The notes under the pieces are model-generated. The model was not told where the DNA came from. It searched no databases and worked only from the letters and a program-made list of their open reading frames with translations. 64,000 nt of DNA, from assembly GCA_963703345.1 (NCBI GenBank), contig OY969814.1:704001-768000 (forward strand). The letters are read 5' to 3'. Below are positions 1 to 9,563 of the stretch, one piece after another. The translations under genes were made by a program, and so were the position numbers. Every line of letters starts with the position of its first letter. Positions within the stretch are counted from its first letter, which is position 1. This stretch comes from an uncultured Chloroflexia bacterium. Its GTDB lineage: Bacteria > Chloroflexota > Dehalococcoidia > DSTF01 > JALHUB01.

Positions 1-366
1 GTAGGTCACCTTCGCCCGATTGGGGTCGACGCGCGCCGGCAGCACCAGCGAGCGCCCGAACATCCCGTAGCATATCTCCATCTGCGCGTGACGGCGGTGC
101 GGATGCGCTTCGCGGTCCACCTTCTCGCCGTGGAACGCGAGCCGGCCGCCGTCGACCTCGATCTCGACCTCCTGCTCGTCGATCCCGGCAATCTCCGCCA
201 CAATCACGACCTCATCCGCCGTCTCGTAGACGTCCGTCGGCGGCGCCAGCGTCGGGCTGCAAAAGCGTGAACGCCCCGATCCTTCCCCGGCGAGTCGCCT
301 CCACATCTGCTCCATCTGCTCGTGCAGACGCTCGAACTCAGAGAATGCCCTTCTAGTGCGGAACAT
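1..366 (-). CDS. Hsp20/alpha-crystallin family small heat shock protein (3' end runs off the window)
   Basis: Manual translation from ATG at 366 (GGAGAG RBS upstream): MFRTRRAFSEFERLHEQMEQMWRR...PPTDVYETADEVVIVAEIAGIDEQEVEIEV...EICYGMFGRSLVLPARVDPNRAKVTY. This is the typical Hsp20 pattern; the ORF track misses it. Confidence 0.9.
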   Translation of the reverse strand, partial: MFRTRRAFSEFERLHEQMEQMWRRLAGEGSGRSRFCSPTLAPPTDVYETADEVVIVAEIAGIDEQEVEIEVDGGRLAFHGEKVDREAHPHRRHAQMEICYGMFGRSLVLPARVDPNRAKVTY

Positions 367-666
367 CGTCCTCTCCGTTCAGTCGCTGCTTCGCGACGAA
401 TAATGCTCTCTAACCTCAGAATAGTCTGGCGAAGGGTGAAATTCAAGCTCGACCGCCGCGCTGCTCCTCGGCGGCCCCCGACGCCATCAACCGGATGCAC
501 CCTGCCGCGATATTTCCGATATCGTCGCTTGTGCTGTTGACAGCGCGAAAACGATAGTATACTTTACAACCCGGTGGCACAACCTTCTCCGAATTCGTGG
601 CGCGCCCGATCTTGAACCCGCAGCATCGATAGTTTTCGTCGCAACAGTAGTCTCCGGAGGTCAACC

Positions 667-3435
667 ATGCACGCTCGAACCCTGGTGCGCCACCTGGTCA
701 TCGTGCTGTTGCTGGCGTTGGCTGTCGGCATTGGGTACTTCAGGACCGAAGGCCCATTCGCCTCCGGAGAGGCCGCTCTGACGCAACGAGCGGGCACGCT
801 CGCGAATGACGCTCCGGTTGCGCCATCCCCGGCCCAACCGACCGCATCCGCGCCCTCTCCCGCGCCGACCATTCTTCCGCCGCCCGCCCTGGCGATCCCT
901 CTTTCCTTTGCGCCGATTCCCAGCCAATCTCAAGACCCCAAGCTCGCGCCTCCGCTGGCGGAACTGCGGGACGCCGCCGTCGCAGCGATAACGAGTGGTC
1001 AGCCCAACGGCCTCGACCTCCCAAGCCAGCTTCCCGACGACCTGAAATCGCTGGTGCAGGGCAAGATGATGAGCATCAACGCGGCGGGCCAGGTTCAGGT
1101 CTACGTGAAAGTCGGCGCCACCGACGCTGCGGTCCTCGAAGCACTGGCTATGGCCGGCATGACCATCGAACGCGTCTCGGGGGACCTGACGCTGGTCCAG
1201 GGCTGGGTTTCCCCCAACGCTCTCAACGCACTGGCCGCCCTGGCGCCGGTCGAATCGGTGAGACTTCCTGACTACGGCTTCCCGCAGGCGGGTTCTGTGA
1301 TGACGGAAGGCGACGCCATCATCCGCGCCGACCTGGTGCGCTCCACCTTCGGCGTTACCGGCGCCGGCATACGCGTCGGTGTGATCTCAACCGGCGTCGG
1401 CGGACTATCCGGCGCGCAGGCAAGCGGCGACCTTGGTTCAGTCGATACGTCCACCTGCAACGTCACGGGGGTCGATCCTACGTCCACAGGAGCCGAAGCC
1501 ACCGCAATGATGGAGATCGTGTACGACATAGCGCCGGGTGCCCAGTTGTACTTCGGCCAGGCTTCTAGATCGTCGGGCATGAGCTCGGTCGATTTCAATG
1601 CCGCTGTGACCTGCCTTGCCGCCCACACCGACGTGGTCGTCAACGACATAAGTTTCTTCGCCGACGGCCTCTACGACGGAACGAGCTCCGTTTCGGCAAA
1701 CACCTCCACCCAACTCAACGCCGCCAGCAACCCCATCAGAGTCTACTCAACGTCCGTGGGCAACTATGCCTGGGGACACTACCAGGAGCAATTCACAGAC
1801 GACAGCGCCCAGGGTTTCCCTGGCTGGAACAAATTCCAGGGCACAGCCAGCACAACCGACGCGTATGCGTTGGGCGTGCAGCCCGTGGACGCGCTGGCGC
1901 TGCAGCCCAACGGCGAGGTCGGGGTGTACCTACAGTGGAACGACAGTTGGGGAGCGTCGTCCAACCACTATAACCTGAATCTCTACAATAATAATGACCT
2001 TGTGCACCCGGTGGCCTCGGGCACGGCTGTCTACGGCAGCAGTTATCCGATCGTGTACCTCCACTACATTAACACCACGGGGTCCGTCACCCAGTTTGAC
2101 ATCGCCGTCGTGAAACAAAGCGGAAGCGCGCGTACACTCGACATGTTTGTGATCCCCATCTCGGGAGGGACGCTACTGGTCAACGACACTCTTCTGAACT
2201 ACAACACCCTCTCCAGCAGCGTTCCCAACCAGTCCGACGCTGGCGGCGGTGTCATCTCCGTCGGCGCCATCGATCAAGCGGACTCCGGCCATGACACCAT
2301 CGAGGTATACAGCGGCCGCGGCACAACGAATGACGGGCGCACCAAGCCGGAGGTCACCGCCATCGACGGCGTGTGCGTTACCGGCGCGGGCGGCTTCGGC
2401 CAAGGGACGTGCCAGAGTATCGGCAAGCAGTTCTTCGGTACCTCCGCTGCTGCGCCTCACCTCGCCGCCGTCGCCGCGTTACTTCTCCAGTGCCGTCCCG
2501 ACTTGAAAGCCGGAGGGGCCACCGCCGCGTCGACAGCCCGGACCAATCTCCGCAACTACATCCTCAACAGCGCCGTCGATCTCGGCACCGGGGGCGTCAA
2601 CAACACCTACGGCAGCGGACGCCTCGACGCCTACGCCGCCGCCGTCGCCGCCGGCTGCACCAGCCCTTCGACCGCCACGCCGACGTTCACCCCAACGGAG
2701 ACGCCTACCCGCACGCCAACACCCACGCCCACGGACACGCCTACGTTTACGCCCACGCCTACGCCAACGCCAACGCGCACACCCACGCTTAGCCCAACGC
2801 CCACCCGCACCCCCACCGCGACCATTCCGGCCTGCACCGGCATAGTCAGCATTCAGTCGAGCAGCATTCTCGCCGGCGCAAGCACAACCGTCCGCTTGCA
2901 AACAGACGGAATCTGCGCGCCGGGCCTCGGGAACTACGCCGTCATCGTGAACTATGATCCGAACATCGTCCACGCCGACTCCTGCGTCTCCAACCCGGGC
3001 GGCGCCTTGACCGGTAGCTGCGACGTCAATTGGGGCACTGGCGCCGTTCTTGCGGTGGGATCGACTTCGACCCCCGGCGCGACCGGCACCGTCCCCTTCG
3101 CCGACATCACCTTCACCGCCGTCGGCAGCGCACCCTTAGTGACCGCGCTGCAGTTGGCCATCAGCCCGTTCCAGGACACGACGGGCACAGACATTCCCTA
3201 CGTGAATAGGGATGGCAGCATTCGGATCGGCGTCCGGGGCGACGCCACTAAGGACGGCAATGTCGCCATGGTCAACGCCATGCGCATCGCCCAGTGCATC
3301 GCCGGGCTGATCGATTGCTCGACACTCGATCAGACGATGGGGGACGTGAACTGCTCGAACAGCCTCACAATGGTGGACGCGATGCTGATAGCGCGCTACG
3401 TCGCCGGCCTGATCACCCAGTTCCCTTGCAGCTAG
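667..3435 (+). CDS. Secreted S8/S53-like serine peptidase with Thr/Pro linker, cohesin-like domain and C-terminal dockerin-like domain
   Basis: GGAGG RBS and signal peptide. Protease motifs [48 protein letters not shown] linker, then cohesin-like [13 protein letters not shown]...[10 protein letters not shown], then duplicated [22 protein letters not shown] dockerin repeats. Confidence 0.85.
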   Translation: MHARTLVRHLVIVLLLALAVGIGYFRTEGPFASGEAALTQRAGTLANDAPVAPSPAQPTASAPSPAPTILPPPALAIPLSFAPIPSQSQDPKLAPPLAELRDAAVAAITSGQPNGLDLPSQLPDDLKSLVQGKMMSINAAGQVQVYVKVGATDAAVLEALAMAGMTIERVSGDLTLVQGWVSPNALNALAALAPVESVRLPDYGFPQAGSVMTEGDAIIRADLVRSTFGVTGAGIRVGVISTGVGGLSGAQASGDLGSVDTSTCNVTGVDPTSTGAEATAMMEIVYDIAPGAQLYFGQASRSSGMSSVDFNAAVTCLAAHTDVVVNDISFFADGLYDGTSSVSANTSTQLNAASNPIRVYSTSVGNYAWGHYQEQFTDDSAQGFPGWNKFQGTASTTDAYALGVQPVDALALQPNGEVGVYLQWNDSWGASSNHYNLNLYNNNDLVHPVASGTAVYGSSYPIVYLHYINTTGSVTQFDIAVVKQSGSARTLDMFVIPISGGTLLVNDTLLNYNTLSSSVPNQSDAGGGVISVGAIDQADSGHDTIEVYSGRGTTNDGRTKPEVTAIDGVCVTGAGGFGQGTCQSIGKQFFGTSAAAPHLAAVAALLLQCRPDLKAGGATAASTARTNLRNYILNSAVDLGTGGVNNTYGSGRLDAYAAAVAAGCTSPSTATPTFTPTETPTRTPTPTPTDTPTFTPTPTPTPTRTPTLSPTPTRTPTATIPACTGIVSIQSSSILAGASTTVRLQTDGICAPGLGNYAVIVNYDPNIVHADSCVSNPGGALTGSCDVNWGTGAVLAVGSTSTPGATGTVPFADITFTAVGSAPLVTALQLAISPFQDTTGTDIPYVNRDGSIRIGVRGDATKDGNVAMVNAMRIAQCIAGLIDCSTLDQTMGDVNCSNSLTMVDAMLIARYVAGLITQFPCS
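2665..2822 (+). repeat. Thr/Pro low-complexity linker repeats (coding)
   Basis: Degenerate acgccn/acnccn units encoding [18 protein letters not shown] inside the S8 gene. Confidence 0.8.
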
Positions 3436-3505
3436 ACCGCGCCGCAATCGCTCGGACCGCCCTAGCCCCGGCGGCCTCGACCAGGGTCAAGCGAACGCTG
3501 CGGCC

Positions 3506-4390
3506 CTAGGGACGCGCTCTTCGCCGTACAAGCAACGCTCCCAAGGCGCCGACCGCTAAGCCCGCTGCGACAACCAGGCCGGTGGGTATCAGCCATCCCG
3601 GCCGGCCCTGAGAACCACCCTGGCTCGCCTGGGGCTTACCAGCGTTCCCGTTGTTCACGACCACGCTCGGCGTCGACTGCGTGCCGGTCGCGCTTCCCTG
3701 CGTGCCTGAAGGCACTGTCGCCGAAGACGAAGGCGAGACCGCCGTCCGCCTCGGCTCGCCCGCGCCTTGCGTCTGGCCCGGCGCCGTGGTGGCTAGAGTT
3801 TGTGCTCCGTTGGGGGGTGCGCTCTCCGTTGGCCCGCCGGGTTTCGCTGTGGCAGCCGGCGTTGTATTCGATTCCGCCGCCGGCGTCGGCGAAGTGACCA
3901 TGACGCCGCTGCCGATGCAGATCGATCCTTCCTCTTCTCTGGAGCTTAGAGGAGCTGCGTTGGGGTCCGTGAGCTCCGCGACGCTCAAGCTCAGTGGCGT
4001 ACAGGCGCCGTCGTGACCAGAGAGCCGAAAGACGATGTCCGCCAGCGCCGCATCTCCCGTAAGTCCTTCAGTTATCTTGTAGCCGCCAACCCGCACGATG
4101 CCCGGCTTGAAAGCGACGTTGCAGACGGCGTTGTCTAGCACGTTCGACGGGTCGCCCTGGCAGGAAACCGGCGAAACGACGGACGCATCGTAGGCGACGT
4201 CGATGGTGAAAGCCCCGAGGCCCGGGTCCGGGATGCCCAGCAGCTCCAGGCGCGCCGTCATCTCGTCTCCCGATTGGCCTGTCAGCGCGCCGATTCGAAC
4301 GGTCGTATCAGGAGCGCTGGCCGCAGCCGAGGGCAGCGATCCGAGCAAAACGACAGTAGCCGCCCAGGCTCCCTTCAACCACAACCTCAT
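3506..4390 (-). CDS. Cohesin-domain surface protein with C-terminal membrane anchor
   Basis: Signal peptide; cohesin-like GLGAFTIDVAYDASVV...LADIVFRLSG...LSVAELTD; S/T/P/G linker; hydrophobic helix followed by RRRARP tail. Confidence 0.75.
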   Translation of the reverse strand: MRLWLKGAWAATVVLLGSLPSAAASAPDTTVRIGALTGQSGDEMTARLELLGIPDPGLGAFTIDVAYDASVVSPVSCQGDPSNVLDNAVCNVAFKPGIVRVGGYKITEGLTGDAALADIVFRLSGHDGACTPLSLSVAELTDPNAAPLSSREEEGSICIGSGVMVTSPTPAAESNTTPAATAKPGGPTESAPPNGAQTLATTAPGQTQGAGEPRRTAVSPSSSATVPSGTQGSATGTQSTPSVVVNNGNAGKPQASQGGSQGRPGWLIPTGLVVAAGLAVGALGALLVRRRARP

Positions 4391-5124
4391 CTCATCCTCC
4401 GCGCTGGCTCAATCTGACTGGCAAACTGCGACAGGTCGCAGGCAGCGCCGACGTTCTGTTGGACGGTCGTCTTCGTCGCCATCGCCGCCAAGTCGTCAGG
4501 CGCGCCAACCACGGTGTAGTGCAGCGTGACGTCAACACCTGACTGGGTAACGACAGCCTCAGCGTCGCCCGTGTCCAGGGTGTTCTTTGCAGCGACGGAG
4601 CTGGCGCGAGACGAAAGGAAGTCGACGACAACGCCGTCGCCCTGCGTGCCGTCCTGGTCGCAGTCCTCGTCGTCGAACGGGCAGGCATTCTGGAAAGAGA
4701 TGCCGGAAGAGAGCCATACGCCCTCGTCCGCGTTTTCGACAAACAGGTCGTCGTTCGTGACGAAGCTGAGGACCCACATGCCCTGGCCGTTGACCAACGT
4801 TGCCCCGGGGGCGGTGCTCGGAGCGTAGCTGTCGTCTCCCAACTGGGCGGCGCTGCCGTTGACTAAGTCGTTATAGGTCGCCGGGTCGTCGACGGCTCCG
4901 TCCAGGTCGCCAGCGATTAGAGCCAGGTTGGCGGGATCCTGGAGGCTGTAGCAGGCGCTTGTGTGCCCGCCGCGTAGGCCGATGATTGAGGCGCAGACGT
5001 CAGGGTTAATAGCGACCACGTGATTCGGCCTGGCTTCCGCCTTGCCCTGGTGGAATGATGCGCCGGCCACGCCGATGACCAGGGCCAGGCTCATCAGACC
5101 TGCTAGTATTGCGAGCTTCTTCAT
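4387..5124 (-). CDS. Secreted hypothetical protein, Cys/Asp-rich, possibly C-terminally truncated
   Basis: ATG at 5124 (MKKLAILAG, GGAGG RBS); signal peptide; DEDCDQDGTQGDG Ca-loop-like motif; stop overlaps the next ATG (ATGA). Confidence 0.65.
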   Translation of the reverse strand: MKKLAILAGLMSLALVIGVAGASFHQGKAEARPNHVVAINPDVCASIIGLRGGHTSACYSLQDPANLALIAGDLDGAVDDPATYNDLVNGSAAQLGDDSYAPSTAPGATLVNGQGMWVLSFVTNDDLFVENADEGVWLSSGISFQNACPFDDEDCDQDGTQGDGVVVDFLSSRASSVAAKNTLDTGDAEAVVTQSGVDVTLHYTVVGAPDDLAAMATKTTVQQNVGAACDLSQFASQIEPARRMR

Positions 5125-5196
5125 GAAACAATCCTCCCTGCTCAACCTACCGGTTCTTTTCCCGCGTCTCTCCTGCTGTGGTCGTTGTCTAACCGG

Positions 5197-7527
5197 CTAG
5201 GATGTCGGCAGCGGGCATGGGAAGCTGGCGAGTCCCGCAACCTTCCGCGCTATCAGCATGGCGTCAACCATCGTCACCCCCTGGTCATTCGGCTGACAGT
5301 AGTTGACGTTCGCCATCTCGGGATTGATCTGGTCCGCGCTGCGGAGGCGGGCGACAACCTGGGCGATGAACATGGCATCTGTCATCGATAGCTGACCGTC
5401 GCGGCGCGCATCCCCCAGCACCCTCGCCGTGGCGCCGAAGTTGATGTTTGAAGTATCCGCTCCTTCCGTGACCGTAACCGGCGTGGCCTGTGTCGAGACG
5501 AAAACACCGTCGTAGTACTTGGTCAAGTAAGCCGGCGTATCCTGCATCCACACCTGATAGCTGGCCGCGGGAAGCGCTGTGATTGTATAGGTGCCGTCGG
5601 CAGTTGTGGTTGCATATGACCAGCCAAAGAAAGCTTGCAAGAGCGACCACCACCAGGGGACGGTGCGATTCACCGGCGAGGCGTTCACGCGTGCGCCGGC
5701 GACGGGATGACCACCCGCGCCGGTCACCACGCCGGATATGCTACCCCCGCCATCGAGCACAAAGTCGATGTTGGGCGTATCCTCGCCGCTAGCCACCTGG
5801 ACGCTTGTTGCGTCTTCCGGCCAGCGTACGCTGATGTAATATTCAGGCGCATACGAGCCGGGCATTGTCCACACGTGGTAGGGGCCGGGGGGAACGTCGG
5901 CAATGGTGTACGAACCGTCAGCCGCCGTCAGTGCCCACAGCCAAACCCCGCTGCTGTTGTCGGGCGGATTGGCGTTGACGTATATCCCCGAGAGAGCACT
6001 ACCCTGTCCATCTCTGACGACGCCCGAGATGCTGCCGCCCACAATAAGATGAATGTCGATCCCGGTCGCATCCAAGTGCGCCTCCGATATTCCCACCGGG
6101 GTCGCATCCTCCGAACTCGACACGTCCTGGTAGTATTGCTGCGCGTAGCCCGAGGCAGCCGCGTAAACGGTGAAAGTAAGGTAATCAAGGTCGGTAATCG
6201 TGTACGTGCCGTCTGCGGCGCTCGTTGCCCAGCCGCAGTAGTCGCCTTCTGGGGGACAAGCTTGGACGTCTGCCCCATCAATCGGATGACCGGCACCATC
6301 CACTATCGTTCCCGAAATAGACCCGCTTGGCTCCAACGCGAAGTCAATTCCGCCTGTCACCTGGCCCTGAGCCACGTGCACGGAGGTGGCGCTTCCCGAG
6401 TCGTAGGCGCCGTCGTAGTACATCTGCGCGTAACCGGAGCATTCATCGAATACGCGATAGTTGCCGGAAGGGAGGCCGCTGTTCGAGTAGTCGCCCTCAG
6501 CATCCGTGTTGCCATAAATGTCTGCCCCGCCTGCCCAGGGCTCGGCTGCCACCTGACAGCCTTCAAGAGGATTGCCTTGACCATCTGTAACCGTGCCGGA
6601 GATCGTTCCTGCTGCCTGAAGGCTGAAGTTGATCCCCGGCGTGTTTTGGCCTTCGACGACGGATACCGGCATCGCATAATCCGCGTTCCATGTGTTGTTG
6701 TAGTAGGTGTGAACGTATCCATCGCAACCCACGTCGACTCCGTAGCTGCCGGTCGTCAGGCCCGTTACGGTGTAGTGTCCGTCGGCGCCTGTATTTCCGG
6801 TGTGGTCCGAACCGGCGCCGCCCCACGACCAGACGACGACCGAGCAGCCCTCCAGCGGATTGTGCTGCGCATCCGTGACCGTGCCGGAGATGGAACCGGA
6901 TGGTCCGACTGTCGTGCTCGCAGTATCGCAACCGCCGTCCACATCGCTGGCGGACGTCGCGCACGCCTCGTTGATAATCATGTCGCCCTCATTAGCGCTC
7001 GTGGTCAGATCGACCACCATCGTAAGGACGACCTGCTCGTCTTTCCCCAGGCTGGAGTCAGTGGTCCACTCGACGGTGCCGGAAGTGTCACAGCCAACGA
7101 TGTCGAAGTTACTGGACGAAATATCGGAGGAAGGATCAACTGAGGCGTCAACGCAATCCGTGTTGGCGGGGATGACGTCATCCACCGTGAGGTCGGTGCA
7201 TCCACCCTGACCGCTGCCTCCATTGTTGACGGCAATCGTATAGGTGATCTGCCCGCCTTCGGCAGCGGTACCGCGATCAGCATATTTCGATATCTGAAGG
7301 TCGCAGTCAGGGTTCACGGTCGGAGTCGCGGAAAGCGTGTTCGCCGCCGCCGCCGGCGTCGCGGAAGCAGTCGGACTCGCGGTAGGCTCATACTGGGCAA
7401 ACGCTCCCCTCGTTCCCCACGACGTCCCGACAAGCAGAGCCGCGGCGAGCAGCGCCAGAACCGTGGCCAGGACCAGCGACAAAGCTGCCACTGATGTGAC
7501 GAATCCTCCGGAGCTTAGTTTTCTCAC
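5197..7527 (-). CDS. Secreted protein: DUF11-like domain, five carboxypeptidase-regulatory-like beta repeats and C-terminal dockerin-like domain
   Basis: DLQISK..GGQITYTIAVNN (DUF11-like); five GSISGTVTD...ADGxYTIxxL...YY repeats; GDARRDGQLSMTDAMFIAQ...[19 protein letters not shown] at the C-terminus. Confidence 0.8.
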   Translation of the reverse strand: MRKLSSGGFVTSVAALSLVLATVLALLAAALLVGTSWGTRGAFAQYEPTASPTASATPAAAANTLSATPTVNPDCDLQISKYADRGTAAEGGQITYTIAVNNGGSGQGGCTDLTVDDVIPANTDCVDASVDPSSDISSSNFDIVGCDTSGTVEWTTDSSLGKDEQVVLTMVVDLTTSANEGDMIINEACATSASDVDGGCDTASTTVGPSGSISGTVTDAQHNPLEGCSVVVWSWGGAGSDHTGNTGADGHYTVTGLTTGSYGVDVGCDGYVHTYYNNTWNADYAMPVSVVEGQNTPGINFSLQAAGTISGTVTDGQGNPLEGCQVAAEPWAGGADIYGNTDAEGDYSNSGLPSGNYRVFDECSGYAQMYYDGAYDSGSATSVHVAQGQVTGGIDFALEPSGSISGTIVDGAGHPIDGADVQACPPEGDYCGWATSAADGTYTITDLDYLTFTVYAAASGYAQQYYQDVSSSEDATPVGISEAHLDATGIDIHLIVGGSISGVVRDGQGSALSGIYVNANPPDNSSGVWLWALTAADGSYTIADVPPGPYHVWTMPGSYAPEYYISVRWPEDATSVQVASGEDTPNIDFVLDGGGSISGVVTGAGGHPVAGARVNASPVNRTVPWWWSLLQAFFGWSYATTTADGTYTITALPAASYQVWMQDTPAYLTKYYDGVFVSTQATPVTVTEGADTSNINFGATARVLGDARRDGQLSMTDAMFIAQVVARLRSADQINPEMANVNYCQPNDQGVTMVDAMLIARKVAGLASFPCPLPTS

Positions 7528-7636
7528 GTCAGCACTCTCCTAGCGCGTGGCTGCCCGTTGTCGCGAGCGCTTCCACACTCGTCCCGCAACGATTTCGCCG
7601 GGCCTCGCTGTTAACGACGGGGAAAGATTAGTGTTT

Positions 7637-7672
7637 GCGCTAGACCCAGGTGGCCGATCCCAGGTCTAGCGC
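7637..7672. terminator. Intergenic hairpin, possible terminator or mRNA stabiliser
   Basis: gcgctagacc...ggtctagcgc inverted repeat between the 7702 and 7527 genes; no clear U-tract. Confidence 0.35.
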
Positions 7673-7701
7673 TTACAGTGTCGAGGAATTCCGGGCAGTC
7701 C

Positions 7702-8793
7702 CTAGCGGTCGCGCTGCCTTCTGCGAATCGAGACCGTCAGGATTCCCGCCGCTCCTGCCAGAGCACCTGCAGCGGCGAAATAAGTCCAGACTCCCGGACC
7801 GTCGCCGTCGCCCCCTGACCCCGTTGCCGGCGCTATCAGGTTGGCCCCTACCGCGCCCGCAGGCGTCGAGGTCGGAGCAACCACCACAACCGTCGTCGGC
7901 GCCTGTGTCATCGTCGGCGTCGCCGGTTTTGGCGTAGGTGTACTCGTCTTGCGGTGGTGTATCGTCGGCACCGGCGTGATCGTTGCCGTTGACGTCGGGC
8001 AGATTCCGCCGGGGCAAGGCGTGGCCGTCGAAGTCGGCGTCCGGGTAGCCGTCGGCGTGTTCGTGGGCGTCTCCGTCGGCGTGTTCGTAGGCGTCGCCGT
8101 CGGTGTATTCGTAGGCGTCTCCGTTGGCGTGTTCGTAGGCGTCGCCGTCGGCGTGTTCGTAGGCGTCTCCGTTGGCGTGTTCGTCGGCGTATCCGTAGGC
8201 GTCTCCGTTGGCGTGTTGGTCGCCGTCGCGGTGGGCGTGTCCGTATCTACGAGGCCGGTCCCCGTTCCGCCCGACGTGGTGTACTCTATGTCCACAGCGT
8301 CCGCATCCGTCAACTCATTCACAACGGGCGTCAGATCGCTGATTCCGGCTCCGACTACTTGGAAAGTGATATCGGCCAGCGCTACGTCCCCTGTGGGGCC
8401 GGTCAGAACCGTGGTGAATCCGGTGACCCTGACCGAATCGGGATTGACGTTATCAGCCTCGAAAGTGGGGTTGCAGACGACGGCAAAGTTCGCGATGTCG
8501 GTTGGGTTCGTGGTGCAAGGATCTATCGCATCCAGGATGGACGGATCGTATTGGACGTCGATATTGAAGGTGCCGACGCCGGGGCTGGCTACGTTCTCGA
8601 CACTGAGGCGCACCACGAAGGTGTCGCCCACCTCTGCCGAGCCGGAGGCGACGTGCACCTCAGTCCCGGTCCCGTCCAGCGTCGCTTCGCTACTGGCGGC
8701 GAAGAGGGGGACAGCCACCGCCAATCCTAGCGCGAGGACTCCTAATCCCGCCAGGAGCCAGATGCCTCGAATCCCTTTAAGCCGATCGTTCAC
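7702..8793 (-). CDS. Cohesin-domain surface protein with Thr/Pro stalk, APATG motif and C-terminal membrane anchor
   Basis: Signal peptide; cohesin-like [16 protein letters not shown]...[20 protein letters not shown]; [10 protein letters not shown] repeats; APATG, then TM helix, then RRRQRDR. Confidence 0.8.
   Translation of the reverse strand: MNDRLKGIRGIWLLAGLGVLALGLAVAVPLFAASSEATLDGTGTEVHVASGSAEVGDTFVVRLSVENVASPGVGTFNIDVQYDPSILDAIDPCTTNPTDIANFAVVCNPTFEADNVNPDSVRVTGFTTVLTGPTGDVALADITFQVVGAGISDLTPVVNELTDADAVDIEYTTSGGTGTGLVDTDTPTATATNTPTETPTDTPTNTPTETPTNTPTATPTNTPTETPTNTPTATPTNTPTETPTNTPTATRTPTSTATPCPGGICPTSTATITPVPTIHHRKTSTPTPKPATPTMTQAPTTVVVVAPTSTPAGAVGANLIAPATGSGGDGDGPGVWTYFAAAGALAGAAGILTVSIRRRQRDR
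8030..8240 (-). repeat. Tandem 12-nt-period coding repeats ([12 protein letters not shown])
   Basis: Repeated ggcgtgttcgt/ggcgtctccgt units. Confidence 0.85.
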
Positions 8794-9069
8794 TGTATCA
8801 TCTCCTTCCGATCCAGTGGGCCGTCAAATTGGCCATCCCTGGCAGGTCAAACAGCAATTTGGCGCTGCCAGTCGCCGGTCCTTGACCGATCGTTTCTCCC
8901 TTATTGGCTATTGACTTTTGAATCTCTGAGACACGGCGATCTGCTCGCCGCGAAAGCTCCATTAGGTGTTTATCATATCGAGGGGGCTAGTGCAAGTAGT
9001 CGCCCGTGCCAACTGGCGCATGGGCAAGAGGACCCGTTGAGAGGACCACTCGAAGCTCTCGTGGCAGAC

Positions 9070-9555
9070 CTATACGCCGGCGTCATCTTCCGGCTCTTCG
9101 TCCGCCTCCTGCCAGTCGCCCGGCTTTGCCTCCCAGACCGACTTGTAGTTCTCGCCGACGAGCGCCCGCCGGATCTCTTCCTTCTCCAGCGCCAGCAGCT
9201 CCTCGTAGCACGCCTCGCATTCCCGCACGGTGTCCGGGAAGCCCAGGTTCACGAGACGCCCCACCACATGCTGCCACATCCCCAGGATCACCAGGCTCGC
9301 CACGTACTTGGGCCAGGGGATGAGCGTCAGGCTGTCCGGCTTGGGGAAGCGCGGCCGCAGGCGTCGCAGGGAGCGAAAGCGTTCCTCCGGCGTGGCCACC
9401 ATGTCGACGATCTTGACCATCGGCGGATCGACCGCGTTGGAGCGGGCGTCGACGATGAGCGTCTTGCGGAGCAGCGGGAAGTACAGCGCGACGACCTCCG
9501 CCGTATCCAGGGAGTTCGCCATCTCCGCCAGGTCTATCTGAAAGTCGAAGTCCAC
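9070..9555 (-). CDS. Hypothetical protein, co-oriented downstream of tyrS
   Basis: 161-aa ORF with host-like codon usage and an acidic tail, 8 nt after the tyrS stop. Confidence 0.7.
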   Translation of the reverse strand: MDFDFQIDLAEMANSLDTAEVVALYFPLLRKTLIVDARSNAVDPPMVKIVDMVATPEERFRSLRRLRPRFPKPDSLTLIPWPKYVASLVILGMWQHVVGRLVNLGFPDTVRECEACYEELLALEKEEIRRALVGENYKSVWEAKPGDWQEADEEPEDDAGV

Positions 9556-9563
9556 GCCGCCAC

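Noticed and set aside
537-565. Promoter for the S8 gene (TTGACA...TATACT)
   Set aside because: The spacing is 15 bp, so support is too weak to list it as a feature.
5635-7143. Long opposite-strand or alternate-frame ORFs (also 7841-8914, 9942-11021, 31074-32468, 33878-35374, 42759-43910, 62015-63601)
   Set aside because: Shadow ORFs of well-supported genes in GC-rich DNA, with no recognisable motifs.
8030-8240. Short tandem repeats (also 2665-2822 and 49915-50100) as a CRISPR array
   Set aside because: The period is a multiple of 3, there are no unique spacers, they lie in frame as Thr/Pro linkers, and there are no cas genes.
667-8793. True cellulosome
   Set aside because: No glycoside hydrolase or CBM3 motifs and no multi-cohesin scaffoldin within this cluster.
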